64,000 bases of DNA from Candidatus Latescibacterota bacterium (GCA_965205975.1 OZ242195.1:3392001-3456000), one strand, 5' to 3'. Positions 1 through 10,394 are shown, counted from the stretch's first letter. Notes: generated from the sequence alone by a model not told the origin. Made by a program: numbers and translations.

Positions 1-1
1 A

Positions 2-640
2 GATATTGGGCCATATATCAATACCCTTTCGGGAAAATGACAGCCCTGCGCCATCCATCGCTTCCAGCGCCGTCAACAAATCCGCCTCATAACCCACATG
101 CGTATTAAACCCCGCAGAATTCGGATCGGGGTCAGCACTGGAACTAACCGGCGCAAAAAAAGCGAAAAAACCAAAATTAAGCACGCGATCCGCGCAAGCC
201 GAAGACGGAGACATCACATGCGCCCTCCCCCCAACGGACAAATTGACCACCACCTCATCACCGGCATTAATCGGAATACTCGTCCACAACCCAATCACGC
301 TACCACCCTGCGATACACGCGCTTGATAATAACCCGTCGCATCGCCCGCAATCTCCAACCGCGCCCGACCCTCTTCATCCGTCATCCCCGACCACGCATA
401 CTCTGCCGCCTGACCCGCAATAGAACGCGCAAATTCTACCATTGCACCACTCACCGGCGCATCATCCCGTCGCACAGACGCCACCACCACAGCCCCCGAC
501 GCATTGTCTTGCACCGCCAGCTTACTCAGCGGCTGCTCAACCTGCTCATCCACCGCCATCATCACGCGCTCGTCGCCACAGTGCCACATCAGTCCTGCGA
601 CAAGGATCAGCACAACCATACTGCGAATACTTCTCGACAT
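2..640 (-). CDS. Lipoprotein with probable solute-binding (amino-acid ABC SBP-like) domain; runs off window edge
   Basis: Manual translation from ATG at 640: MSRSIRSMVVLILVAGLMWHCGDE... (signal peptide + Cys), open to the edge, ending ...FNTHVGYEADLLTALEAM...; absent from ORF track because no stop is in the window. Confidence 0.7.
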   Translation of the reverse strand, partial: MSRSIRSMVVLILVAGLMWHCGDERVMMAVDEQVEQPLSKLAVQDNASGAVVVASVRRDDAPVSGAMVEFARSIAGQAAEYAWSGMTDEEGRARLEIAGDATGYYQARVSQGGSVIGLWTSIPINAGDEVVVNLSVGGRAHVMSPSSACADRVLNFGFFAFFAPVSSSADPDPNSAGFNTHVGYEADLLTALEAMDGAGLSFSRKGIDIWPNI

Positions 641-691
641 AACAACCACCCTTATAGAATAATATTACGTCGTGTGTAACTTCAAAAGTGA

Positions 692-831
692 ATATGCTAC
701 TGCGTTATGTCATGCTGAGGAAGCCGATAGGCTGACGAAGCATCTGTTACCCATGCACACCGTTGAGGCAGCAGATTTTTCGACTCCGCTGCGCTCCGCT
801 CAAAATGACAGGCGCATGATATAGTGCATAT
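692..831. repeat. Intergenic palindromic REP/MITE-like element
   Basis: Inverted arms TGTCATGCTGAG...CTCAAAATGACA with inner GAAGCATCTG...CAGATTTTTC and outer ATATGC...GCATAT. Confidence 0.6.
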
Positions 832-843
832 CCGTAACGTCAC

Positions 844-1041
844 TTACTCATCTCTCTTGTGCTTCATCCTTTGATAGCGCGTCACCTGATTCTTATTTTT
901 TACAAAAGCAACCACAACGATCACCACAAACACACCAATAGCCAACAGACTTCCCACTTCTTTTTTTGGATGATCCATCCACCACGCCAGAGCAATCACC
1001 GCCCCAACGGATATGCCAGCCATTACAATCTCGCGTATCAT
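844..1041 (-). CDS. Small hypothetical membrane protein (65 aa, 2 hydrophobic segments)
   Basis: ORF with GAAGGGG RBS, two TM-like stretches, basic tail. Confidence 0.55.
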   Translation of the reverse strand: MIREIVMAGISVGAVIALAWWMDHPKKEVGSLLAIGVFVVIVVVAFVKNKNQVTRYQRMKHKRDE

Positions 1042-1243
1042 TTGCTTGCCCCTTCATAAATGTAATACCTTCAAAATCCAAGCACCTCGCATCTACCATC
1101 AAAAAATACACCATCGACAAATTCCAGTCCACACAAAAAGACTGACATAGACACAGGAACAAGTAACACTATCATTTATATAATTTTATGTGTATCTTGA
1201 AACAGCACGCCAATGCGCAACGTCAGTAATAACAAACAAAACC

Positions 1244-1352
1244 TCTGGATCGCGGCTCGGTCATGTCCCTGCATGATGTTGAGCAGGGAACCATGCCGCG
1301 ATGACGGGCGAGGCATGCCTCGCCCCTACATTTCATCTGCGTTCATCTGCGG
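1244..1352. repeat. Composite REP cluster (TCTGGATCGCGGCT...GCCGCGATGAC + GGGCGAGGCATGCCTCGCCCCTACA + ATCTGCG repeat)
   Basis: Same modules recur at 17250, 33091, 60430, 62873. Confidence 0.75.
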
Positions 1353-1364
1353 ATCACACTTCAC

Positions 1365-2726
1365 ATGCTCTTAACCATCACAACCACATACAACCCCGCA
1401 ACCGACCTGGGCTATCTGTTACACAAACATCCCGGACGCGCACAAACGTTTGACTTGTCTTTTGGTCGCGCACATGTATTTTATCCCGAAGCCACAGATG
1501 AAAAATGCACGGCTGCTCTATTGCTCGACCTCGACACCATCGGCCTCAAACGCCGTCGCCAAAACACCTTTGCACTTCGCGACTACGTCACTGACCGTCC
1601 CTATGTCGCATCCTCGTTCACCAGCGTAGCCATCGCCCGCGTATTTGGCAGCGCGCTCAAAGGCCAGTGCGCCGACCGACCCGATCTCGTTACCCGACCC
1701 ATCCCATTGCGTGCGGAAATCCACGTTCTACCCTGTCGCGGCGGCGATCAACTACTCAACGACCTGTTTCAGCCATTGGGATATAAAGTCACAGCCAAAC
1801 CGCACCGTCTCGACGAAAAATTCTCAGAATGGGGGTACAGCCCGTATTACACCGTCGCACTCGAAGCAAACATCCCACTAAAAAACCTGCTCACCCATCT
1901 CTACGTCCTTATCCCCGTACTCGACGACGACAAACACTACTTCGTCAGCCAATCTGAAATCGACACCCTGATGCGCCGCGGCGAAGGCTGGTTATCAGAC
2001 CACCCCAAACGCGACCTCATCATAGACCGATACCTCAGACACCAGCGCATCCTCACCCAGGAAGCCTATCGCCTTATGGATGAACAGCCCTTAGAGCGCA
2101 ACATCAAAGACAACGAACTCGTCGTCGAAAACAACCTCAGGCTGAACCAGCAACGGCACAATGCCGTACTCAAAGAACTCGAAATCAGCGGCGCACAACG
2201 CGTACTCGATCTCGGCTGCGGTGAAGGTCACTTTACACAAGTCCTGTCAGAACGCCCTCAATTTACCAAAATCCTCGGCCTGGAAGTTTCACACTATGCC
2301 TTGAGCCGCGCTCACAAACGCCTCGACCAACCCATACAGCGCAACCGCGTCGAACTCATACACGGATCGCTATTCTACCGCGACACGCGCCTCGACGGCT
2401 ATGACGCCGCAGTCCTCCTGGAAGTCATCGAACACCTCGACCCATCGCGATTGCCCGTCTTCGAACGCGTCATATTTGAATACGCCCAACCCAACACCGT
2501 CATCATCACCACCCCAAATGCCGACTTCAACACGCGCTGGGAATCTCTCCCCGCCGGACAATTTCGCCACCCCGACCACCGCTTTGAGTGGTCGCGCAAA
2601 CAATTTCAAAATTGGACACAAGGCGTAGAAAAAAAATTCAACTACCACACAACAATCAAACCCATCGGTCCCGTGGATCCCAAAGCAGGTCCACCAACGC
2701 AAATGGCCGTATTCAATAAAAAATAA
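1365..2726 (+). CDS. hen1: 3' terminal RNA ribose 2'-O-methyltransferase Hen1
   Basis: N-terminal ATDLGYLLHKHP, SAM motif VLDLGCGEG, EVIEHL, FRHPDHRFEW; directly upstream of pnkp. Confidence 0.95.
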   Translation: MLLTITTTYNPATDLGYLLHKHPGRAQTFDLSFGRAHVFYPEATDEKCTAALLLDLDTIGLKRRRQNTFALRDYVTDRPYVASSFTSVAIARVFGSALKGQCADRPDLVTRPIPLRAEIHVLPCRGGDQLLNDLFQPLGYKVTAKPHRLDEKFSEWGYSPYYTVALEANIPLKNLLTHLYVLIPVLDDDKHYFVSQSEIDTLMRRGEGWLSDHPKRDLIIDRYLRHQRILTQEAYRLMDEQPLERNIKDNELVVENNLRLNQQRHNAVLKELEISGAQRVLDLGCGEGHFTQVLSERPQFTKILGLEVSHYALSRAHKRLDQPIQRNRVELIHGSLFYRDTRLDGYDAAVLLEVIEHLDPSRLPVFERVIFEYAQPNTVIITTPNADFNTRWESLPAGQFRHPDHRFEWSRKQFQNWTQGVEKKFNYHTTIKPIGPVDPKAGPPTQMAVFNKK

Positions 2727-2729
2727 ACC

Positions 2730-5261
2730 ATGAACATCACAATCCCCGAAATCGCACTCGTCGTCCTCATCGGCGTATCTGGCTCTGGCAAATCCACATT
2801 CGCCAGAACCCACTTCAAACCGACCGAAGTCCTGTCCTCCGACTACTTCCGCGGACTCATCAGCGACGACGAAACCGATCAGACCATCACAAAAGAGGCA
2901 TTTGAAACCCTCCACTACGTGGCCGCCAAACGCCTCGCCAATTACAAACTCACCGTTATCGACGCCACCAGCGTACAGGAAAGCGCCCGCAAGCCCCTCG
3001 TCGCACTGGCCAAACAACATCACGTCTTCCCCATCGCCATCGTCCTCGACATGCCCGAAGACCTCTGCCGCGAGCGCAACAAACACCGACCAGACCGCAA
3101 CTTTGCGCATCGCGTCATCGCGCAACAACGCCATCAGCTCCGCCGCTCATTCAAACGCCTCAAACGCGAAGGATTTCGCCGCATCTACACCCTGCGCTCA
3201 GAAGACGAGGTCCAGCGCGTGTGCGTCACACGCGAAAAAGTTTGGCCCAACCGCCGCGACGAACGCGGCCCCTTTGATATCATCGGCGATGTACACGGCT
3301 GTTACGACGAACTTCTCGCGCTACTCGACAAACTCGGCTATGACATACAGCCCGACCACATAACACCACCTCCGGGACGCAAAGCCATCTTCCTCGGCGA
3401 CCTCGTAGATCGCGGTCCCCAAACACCCCAGGTACTCGACCTCGTCATGCAAATGGTCGATTCAGACACCGCCCTCTGCATCCCCGGCAATCACGACACG
3501 CGCCTCGTTCGCGCGCTACAGGGCAGAAAAGTCAGACCCACTTATGGCCTTGCGGAAACCCTCGAACAACTCGAATCATATCCCACTGAAGACCGCAAAC
3601 GCTATGCAAAATTCCTCGACAGCCTCGTCAGCCACTACATACTCGACGACGGCAACCTCATCGTGGCGCACGCCGGAATGAAAGAAGAACTGGCCGGACG
3701 CACTTCGGGCACCGTGCGCGCCTTCGCACTATACGGCGAAACCACGGGCGAAACCGACGAATTTGGCCTGCCCGTCCGCATCAACTGGGCAGCGCAATAC
3801 CGCGGCAAAGCCACCGTCGTCTATGGACATACCCCTGTATCCAATCCCGAATGGCTCAACAACACCATCAACATCGACACGGGCTGCACCTATGGCGGCG
3901 CACTCACTGCCCTGCGCTATCCCGAAAAAGAATGCGTCTCCGTACCCGCACTCAAAACATATAGCAAACCCGCGCGTCCTCTTACCTCTAAGACCTCCCG
4001 CTCTGCACAGCAAACACACGACGACATGCTCGACATCGACGACGTCAACGGCAAACGCGCTGTAGATACCTTTCTCATCCCGCGCATCACCATCCGCGAA
4101 GAACACGCCATTGCCGCACTCGAAATCATGAGCCGCTACGCCATCGATCCCAAATGGCTGATCTACCTGCCGCCGACCATGTCCCCATCAAAACCCAGTC
4201 CGCGTCCCAATATCCTCGAACACCCCGACGAAGCCTATGCCTACTATCGGGAAAACGACATCACCAGGGTCATAGCCGAAGAAAAACACATGGGATCCCG
4301 CGCCATTGTCATCCTGTGCAAAAATGACGATATTGCCCGCACGCGTTTTGGCCTATCCGAACCCGCACCCGGCGCGTGCTATACCCGAACGGGCCGTTCC
4401 TTCTTTGACGACACACGCCTCGAAATCGCATTCCTTAAACGCCTCCAAAACGCCGTCTCCAAAGCCGACCTCTGGAAAAGCCTCAACACCACATGGATAG
4501 CCCTCGACTGCGAACTCATGCCCTGGTCTGCGCGCGCACAACAACTGTTGCAAGAACAATACGCAGCTGTCGGTGCCTCTGCCCGTGCCTCGCTCAACGC
4601 CACCATCGAGGCCCTCAACGCCAACAACAACATCGACGTCTCCGATTGGCTCGCCAAATACAAAAATCGCTCACAGCGCATCAACCGCTACATTCACGCG
4701 TACCGCGCCTACTGCTGGCCCGTTCACAATCTCACAGACCTCAAACTCGCGCCCTTTCACATCCTCGCCACCGAAGGAAGCGTTCACCACAACCGGCCAC
4801 ACATCTATCACATGGAAACCCTCTCAAAACTGTGCATGGCCGATCCCGAACTCTTCCATACCACATCATATCGCATCGTCGATCTCAACGACGCGCAAAG
4901 TTGTGCCAACACCACTGCCTGGTGGAAAGAAAAAACAGCAGAGGGAAGCGAAGGCATGGTCGTCAAACCCCTGAATTTCATCGCGCGGAACAAAAAAGAC
5001 AGGCTGATTCAGCCCGCCATCAAATGCCGAGGCCGCGAATACCTCCGCATCATCTACGGTCCCGAATACACCACCCCCGAAAATCTCGAAAAATTGCGCT
5101 GGCGCAATGTCAAAACCAAGCAATCCCTCGCCCTGCGCGAATTTGCCCTGGGCCTCGAAGCCCTCAGCCGCTTCGTTCAAAACGAGCCCCTGCGCCGCAT
5201 CCACGAATGCGTCTTCGGCGTCCTCGCACTCGAAACAGAACCTGTGGATCCGCGGCTGTAG
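2730..5261 (+). CDS. pnkp: Polynucleotide kinase-phosphatase-ligase Pnkp (RNA repair)
   Basis: P-loop GVSGSGKST, metallophosphoesterase GDVHG/GDLVDRG/GNHD, ligase EEKHMGSR and EGMVVKP, C-terminal EPVDPRL. Confidence 0.95.
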   Translation: MNITIPEIALVVLIGVSGSGKSTFARTHFKPTEVLSSDYFRGLISDDETDQTITKEAFETLHYVAAKRLANYKLTVIDATSVQESARKPLVALAKQHHVFPIAIVLDMPEDLCRERNKHRPDRNFAHRVIAQQRHQLRRSFKRLKREGFRRIYTLRSEDEVQRVCVTREKVWPNRRDERGPFDIIGDVHGCYDELLALLDKLGYDIQPDHITPPPGRKAIFLGDLVDRGPQTPQVLDLVMQMVDSDTALCIPGNHDTRLVRALQGRKVRPTYGLAETLEQLESYPTEDRKRYAKFLDSLVSHYILDDGNLIVAHAGMKEELAGRTSGTVRAFALYGETTGETDEFGLPVRINWAAQYRGKATVVYGHTPVSNPEWLNNTINIDTGCTYGGALTALRYPEKECVSVPALKTYSKPARPLTSKTSRSAQQTHDDMLDIDDVNGKRAVDTFLIPRITIREEHAIAALEIMSRYAIDPKWLIYLPPTMSPSKPSPRPNILEHPDEAYAYYRENDITRVIAEEKHMGSRAIVILCKNDDIARTRFGLSEPAPGACYTRTGRSFFDDTRLEIAFLKRLQNAVSKADLWKSLNTTWIALDCELMPWSARAQQLLQEQYAAVGASARASLNATIEALNANNNIDVSDWLAKYKNRSQRINRYIHAYRAYCWPVHNLTDLKLAPFHILATEGSVHHNRPHIYHMETLSKLCMADPELFHTTSYRIVDLNDAQSCANTTAWWKEKTAEGSEGMVVKPLNFIARNKKDRLIQPAIKCRGREYLRIIYGPEYTTPENLEKLRWRNVKTKQSLALREFALGLEALSRFVQNEPLRRIHECVFGVLALETEPVDPRL

Positions 5262-5280
5262 TTAAAAAGGAGTGTTGCAA

Positions 5281-6435
5281 ATGTTATTACAAAAAAGATT
5301 CTTATTTATTCTCGCCCTTGCATTACTGGCCTTTGTAAGTCAAGCCTCTGCTGGCCCCAATGCAAATGCGACACTATCGCTTGATCTCATTCCCGATGGC
5401 GGAGCGGGCAACCAGACAGATGATGGCATTACTTCAGGCACGGTCTCTGGACAGGGCACAAAAATTGCCGTTGAAATCTTCACGAGAGGTGTGACCACAC
5501 CTCTTGCCAGTGTAGTAGTCATATTCGACTTTGATCCTGCTATTTTGACTTTTGACAAAGCCGAGAACAGTGCGTTTCAATTTGCTATTCCAGAACCGGA
5601 TAAAACTGGCACAAACTTCGCCACAAATCCCCCTGTCACCTTGCCGGAATCCGGTTTTCTGACACGCGCTGAGTTTACCACTACAGTGGATGTAACGGAT
5701 AAGGCATTTACCCTTGGCATTAAGATGGTTATACTTGCTCAAAGCGTAGCATTGTTCGACACAATCACAACGACAAATACCATATCGTTTAACGAGCCTG
5801 TAATCGGCGAATTTGAAGGCATGCAACTCCATCTCGACACACAAATTGAAACGCCCGCTGCACAGAACAACAAGCTGTTCATCCCCGAACAAAAAGCTGG
5901 CGATACAATCCAACTTCAACTCTTTGTTCCAATGGCTGCAGGCAAACAAACTTATGGTTACGAAATAGAACTCGACCTACCCGGTAAGACATTTTCCGAC
6001 TACATCGGTAGCATATCGGGCACGGGTTTTACAGACACACCCCTGCGCCAAATACCGGATCGTCCTGTCCTGTCCGCACTGCTCATCTCTACCCCTGTTG
6101 TGCCTGAAAATGGTTATATCGGTCACATTGACTTGCAAGTGACCAATACCCTTGAATCGGAGACAACGCTCATTGTCAAAACCGCTTCAATGGCCGGTCT
6201 CAATGGACAACAGGACTCACTGGATGTGTCCAACGCCGTGATCACTGTTACTATCATTTCCGGCGATTTCGATGGCGACCTCGACGTTGACTTTGCCGAT
6301 TTTCTCGCCTTTACCGGCGTTTTTGGACTATCATCATCGGATGCCAATTACGATGCTCGTATGGATATGAACGACGATGGTGTTATCAACTTTGCCGATT
6401 TTCTCATCTTTGTTAGCGTCTTTGGCACCATGTAA
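5281..6435 (+). CDS. Secreted protein with cohesin-like beta domains and C-terminal dockerin/EF-hand-like repeat
   Basis: AAGGAG RBS, signal peptide (ASA), duplicated C-terminal DFDGDLDVDFADFLAF / DMNDDGVINFADFLIF. Confidence 0.7.
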   Translation: MLLQKRFLFILALALLAFVSQASAGPNANATLSLDLIPDGGAGNQTDDGITSGTVSGQGTKIAVEIFTRGVTTPLASVVVIFDFDPAILTFDKAENSAFQFAIPEPDKTGTNFATNPPVTLPESGFLTRAEFTTTVDVTDKAFTLGIKMVILAQSVALFDTITTTNTISFNEPVIGEFEGMQLHLDTQIETPAAQNNKLFIPEQKAGDTIQLQLFVPMAAGKQTYGYEIELDLPGKTFSDYIGSISGTGFTDTPLRQIPDRPVLSALLISTPVVPENGYIGHIDLQVTNTLESETTLIVKTASMAGLNGQQDSLDVSNAVITVTIISGDFDGDLDVDFADFLAFTGVFGLSSSDANYDARMDMNDDGVINFADFLIFVSVFGTM

Positions 6436-6499
6436 CTAATAGATGAAACCAGATTTTTTTTAATCGTCGAGCTACTGCTCGCTTAAAAAAGGATGTCAC

Positions 6500-7789
6500 A
6501 TGCCAGATCGTCCCAATATACTCTTCATCATCACCGACCAACAATACGCCGGGGCCATGTCCTGTGCGGGCAACCCCGACGTACACACCCCAAATATGGA
6601 CAGCCTCGCCGAAACCGGTGTGCGATTCACCCGCGCCTATTGCACACATCCCCTGTGCGGTCCTCAGCGCGCCAGCTATATGACGGGCCTCTATCCCCAT
6701 CAAAACGGCGCCACGAGCAACGGCACCCCGATCAAAGCCGAATACAAAGGCCAAACCCTCAGCAACTTCCTCAAAAACGCGGGCTACGATTGCGCCCTCT
6801 CCGGCAAATGGCACGTCCCGGGCACCACACCAGAAGAAAGCGGCCTCGAAGTCATCTGCGGCAACCGCGACGACGAAGTGCCCCTTCGCGCCATCGAATT
6901 TATGAAACGCGACCGCGACAACCCCTTCTTCCTCATCGCGTCATTCCTCAATCCCCACGACATCTGCCAGGTCGCCCGCAGCCAGCCGCTTCCACAAGGA
7001 CCCGTACCAGAACCCGCAACCATAGAAGAATGTCCGAACCTGCCCGCGAACTTCGCCATCCCACCCTATTCACCCGACATCCTGCAAATGCTGCGACAGG
7101 CCAACCGCCGCGTCTATCCCACCATCGAATACACCGAAGACGACTGGCGACGCCTCCGCTTCCTCTATTACCGCCTGTGCGAAAAAGTCGATGCCGAAAT
7201 CGGCGTCCTCCTCAACGGCTTGCGCGACCTGGACCTCGAAGAAGATACGTATATCGTCTTCACCTCAGATCACGGCGACGGACACGGCGCACACAACTGG
7301 AATCAAAAAACCAGCCTCTACGAAGAAGTCATCAACATCCCATTCATCATCAGCCACAAAGGCGTCACGCAACCCGGCGGCGTCAACGACACGCATCTCG
7401 TCTCCCTCGGCCTCGACCTGTTACCCACCTTATGCGACATCGGCGGTGCGAACACTCCTGAGGACCTCGACGGATTGAGCCTGCGGTCTCTCGCAGAAGG
7501 CAACACATCAGGCGAATGGCGCGACGACCTCGTCGTCGAAACCATCATCGAACTCGGTTCTGGTCCAGGCGGTAGCGGGGCTTCGCGCGCCGTCCTCACC
7601 GACCGCTACAAATACAGCGCCTTTCCCATGGGCCGCCACCGCGAACAACTCATAGACCTCCAGGACGACCCCGGCGAAATGGTCAACCTCGCCGTCAACA
7701 CACGCTTTAAAAATGAACTCGACGACCACCGCCGCCGCCTGCGCGACTGGTGCGAAAAAACAAATGATAGATCTTTTACAGGTGTATGA
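6500..7789 (+). CDS. Cys-type sulfatase
   Basis: PNILFIITDQ, CGPQR (CxPxR), GKWH, SDHG. Confidence 0.9.
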   Translation: MPDRPNILFIITDQQYAGAMSCAGNPDVHTPNMDSLAETGVRFTRAYCTHPLCGPQRASYMTGLYPHQNGATSNGTPIKAEYKGQTLSNFLKNAGYDCALSGKWHVPGTTPEESGLEVICGNRDDEVPLRAIEFMKRDRDNPFFLIASFLNPHDICQVARSQPLPQGPVPEPATIEECPNLPANFAIPPYSPDILQMLRQANRRVYPTIEYTEDDWRRLRFLYYRLCEKVDAEIGVLLNGLRDLDLEEDTYIVFTSDHGDGHGAHNWNQKTSLYEEVINIPFIISHKGVTQPGGVNDTHLVSLGLDLLPTLCDIGGANTPEDLDGLSLRSLAEGNTSGEWRDDLVVETIIELGSGPGGSGASRAVLTDRYKYSAFPMGRHREQLIDLQDDPGEMVNLAVNTRFKNELDDHRRRLRDWCEKTNDRSFTGV

Positions 7790-7790
7790 G

Positions 7791-7920
7791 AACGAATCTA
7801 CGGAGTGATGTACAACTGGCCGTCTCTCAGGCCAGTTCATCTACGAATCTACGAATCTACGATAGTAGTTGGGTGGTCGGGCGGGGTTCGTCTATTCGTC
7901 TATTCGTCTATTCGTCTATT
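7791..7920. repeat. Octamer tandem-repeat element (ACGAATCT)n - G-rich linker - (TATTCGTC)n
   Basis: Directly visible; homologous element at 37476-37627. Confidence 0.75.
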
Positions 7921-7940
7921 CTTTTAACAGGAGTTCCAAA

Positions 7941-8702
7941 ATGGCCGAAAACCTGCTCAAAAACAAACTCTCCAATGGCGACGTTGCCATCGGACCTTTC
8001 GTCAACATCAGCTCTGGCGCGCTCATCGAAATCGCGGCATACAGCGGATTTGACTTTGTCATCCTCGACACCGAACACGGGCCGCTCGACATTCCCACCT
8101 GCGAAGACCTCTGCCGCGTTGCACACGGCGTCGATATCACGCCCATAGTCAGAGTTCGAGAAAACGACCCCGCACAGATCCTGCGCGCCCTCGACATAGG
8201 CGCTGGCGGCGTACAGGTACCGCAAATCTGCAACAAAGCCGATGCCGAAGCCGTTGTGCGGGCAGCCAAATACTCACCGCTGGGCATGCGGGGCGTCTCG
8301 CCCTATACCCGGGCAGCCCGTTATTTTGCAGATGGTGGTGCCATCTTTGAACGCCTCAATGCCTCATCGATGATACTCATCCACATCGAAGGCGTGGAAG
8401 GCCTTGAAAACCTCGAAGAAATCATCTCCGTTCCGGGTCTCGACGTCATCTTCCTGGGACCTTATGACCTGTCGCAATCTCTCGGCATACCCGGCCAGGT
8501 CAACGACCCGCGCGTGGTTGACCGCATGCGCGAAGCCGCAAACTTAATCAACGACGCCGGACTCACCGTCGGCACATTTGCCGACTCCCCCGAAGCCGCC
8601 AACCGCTGGATCGACGCGGGCGTGGGCTACATCTCGCTCTCCGTTGACACCGGCATCTACCTCTACGGCTGCCGTCACATCCTTCGAGAAATCCGCACCT
8701 GA
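7941..8702 (+). CDS. HpcH/HpaI aldolase family protein
   Basis: GFDFVILDTEHG, LDIGAGGVQVP, IFLGPYDLSQSLG; start MAENLL after CAGGAG. Confidence 0.9.
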   Translation: MAENLLKNKLSNGDVAIGPFVNISSGALIEIAAYSGFDFVILDTEHGPLDIPTCEDLCRVAHGVDITPIVRVRENDPAQILRALDIGAGGVQVPQICNKADAEAVVRAAKYSPLGMRGVSPYTRAARYFADGGAIFERLNASSMILIHIEGVEGLENLEEIISVPGLDVIFLGPYDLSQSLGIPGQVNDPRVVDRMREAANLINDAGLTVGTFADSPEAANRWIDAGVGYISLSVDTGIYLYGCRHILREIRT

Positions 8703-8713
8703 CCCACCATCGC

Positions 8714-8755
8714 AAAAAAAGAATAAGGAGATACCGCCTGGTATCTCCTTATTTT
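8714..8755. terminator. Bidirectional intrinsic terminator
   Basis: 14-bp perfect stem AATAAGGAGATACC/GGTATCTCCTTATT flanked by A and T runs; related hairpins at 9437-9469 and 10695-10726. Confidence 0.75.
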
Positions 8756-8951
8756 CCATCATAAGCTCTCGGGGGTATCGTGAGTGCTGATGGCTTTATT
8801 TGCCTGCACAATTTTTTATAAAAAAAAGACAGTCAAGGGGAGACCTTGCTCCCGCGGTCCAATAGGTCAAACCTCTCGACTGTGCTGACAATTTTACTCA
8901 AAATCTATGTTCAATTCCCGTTTTCCAACGGGACGGGCTTTGGAAAATCGC

Positions 8952-9302
8952 TTAACCCTTGATGTAGGTCATAAAACTGAGGATAATAACCGCGACTGCA
9001 ATGAGCAGAGACAACCATTTTATGGTTTGCCCTTCCACGCGATTGATATCGCTTTTTAAATTGGTCTCCACGCGGTTAATATCGTTTTTTAAGGTACTTT
9101 CCAAGCGATTAAAGCCCGCGTTCATCTGGGTGATCAGTTGCTCAAAACGGTTGATCGTCTGATCTTCTATACGGTTAATATCTTTTGTGTTCTGTTCGGT
9201 CTGGTCGTCAAGCCCAACCCCATTTTTTTCAATATTAATTAACCGCTGGTCTTGTTCGGCCACTTTCTTTTCAAGCCGTGCTATCTTCTCGGAATCTGTC
9301 AT
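8952..9302 (-). CDS. Coiled-coil protein with C-terminal TM helix (DUF1640/Bdr-like architecture)
   Basis: Repeated DINR(V/I)E units, hydrophobic C-terminus, own promoter upstream. Confidence 0.7.
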   Translation of the reverse strand: MTDSEKIARLEKKVAEQDQRLINIEKNGVGLDDQTEQNTKDINRIEDQTINRFEQLITQMNAGFNRLESTLKNDINRVETNLKSDINRVEGQTIKWLSLLIAVAVIILSFMTYIKG

Positions 9303-9379
9303 GACAATTCATCTTCCCTTTTTGTTTGATACCCCTGATTTGACCACCGATACAGGTTAGACTTCTTGACTATGTGATA

Positions 9380-9408
9380 ATTTTACTCAAAATCTACATG
9401 CAAATCAA
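9380..9408 (-). promoter_or_regulatory. Sigma70-type promoter for the 8952-9302 gene
   Basis: TTGATT-17 nt-TAAAAT on minus strand. Confidence 0.6.
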
Positions 9409-9478
9409 GGGCGATTGCGATAAACTATGGAAATGCAAAAAGGAGACACCGCCTAATATCTCCTTTTTTATTCCCCTG

Positions 9479-9507
9479 TTGACATCTTGGGCGAAATCCG
9501 CCATAAT
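9479..9507 (+). promoter_or_regulatory. Sigma70-type promoter for the zinc-ribbon gene
   Basis: TTGACA-17 nt-CATAAT. Confidence 0.65.
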
Positions 9508-9565
9508 TTGGTTAGTTGTCATTTGTATCACATTCATAATGCTCAATGGAAAGGATAGACAGACG

Positions 9566-9805
9566 ATGACCCCAAGAAAAAAGCAAATCTTAAAAGGGCT
9601 TAAAGACCGAGGAGTTGATGAACCCTGCCCAATGTGCGGTAATTCCAAGTTCACCTTTGCCAGAGAATCAGAAATTCCTGTAGGCGATAATCGGAAGAAT
9701 AATGGAGGTTACGTCCCCATCGCGATTATCGCGTGTCGGAACTGCGGATACATAACCCAACACGCGCTCGGACCTCTTGGCCTTTTCCCTGATGAGGATG
9801 TCTAA
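9566..9805 (+). CDS. Small zinc-ribbon protein (79 aa)
   Basis: CPMC...CRNC; AAGGA RBS favours ATG 9566 over the ORF-track start. Confidence 0.7.
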   Translation: MTPRKKQILKGLKDRGVDEPCPMCGNSKFTFARESEIPVGDNRKNNGGYVPIAIIACRNCGYITQHALGPLGLFPDEDV

Positions 9806-9896
9806 TGTCCGAACAAAGACAATTCAACGACCAGGATCCCTTGACGAGAACCTAAAGACTTGCTTTTTATTAAGGGATGGGTATCTTTAGGATCAT

Positions 9897-10361
9897 ATGA
9901 GAAAACCTATGACTAAAAACAAGGCCTGGTGGAATACCGGTTTGATTCTACCCCTCGCAATTCTATGGGCTACTTCTCCCTTAGAAATTTATGCCCAGAA
10001 TGCGCCCGCGCCTGAAGCCGAGTCACAGGCAGCTCTCCTTCTTATTCGGGATGCTATAAACGATATAAGAAGCGAGATTTCTGCGCTGAGGTCGGATATA
10101 CGAGAAGATATAAAAGGTGTCAATGAACGTGTTGATTCTATGTATAATTTGATGTTAGGTGGTCTAATTACTATTATAGTTGCAATTATCGGTACCCAAT
10201 GGTGGACTCGAATTAAGCCGGAAGATATTGCCAAATTATTGGAAGAAGCTATTGAACAAAGAATATCTAACGATGAACAAACTGAAAAAATTAAAAAGGA
10301 TATGGAAGTAATTCCATTGAGGTACTTAGTGGAGACTGAACGTCAGAAATTGCGGTCTTAA
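9897..10361 (+). CDS. Hypothetical membrane-anchored coiled-coil protein
   Basis: Signal-like N-terminus, heptad-rich IRSEISALRSDIREDIK, one TM segment. Confidence 0.65.
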   Translation: MRKPMTKNKAWWNTGLILPLAILWATSPLEIYAQNAPAPEAESQAALLLIRDAINDIRSEISALRSDIREDIKGVNERVDSMYNLMLGGLITIIVAIIGTQWWTRIKPEDIAKLLEEAIEQRISNDEQTEKIKKDMEVIPLRYLVETERQKLRS

Positions 10362-10394
10362 CGTAAAAAATAGCCTTCTGATGTTGGGGGAAAA

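Noticed and set aside
98..679. 193-aa Arg/His-rich plus-strand ORF
   Set aside because: Shadow of the minus-strand lipoprotein gene starting at 640
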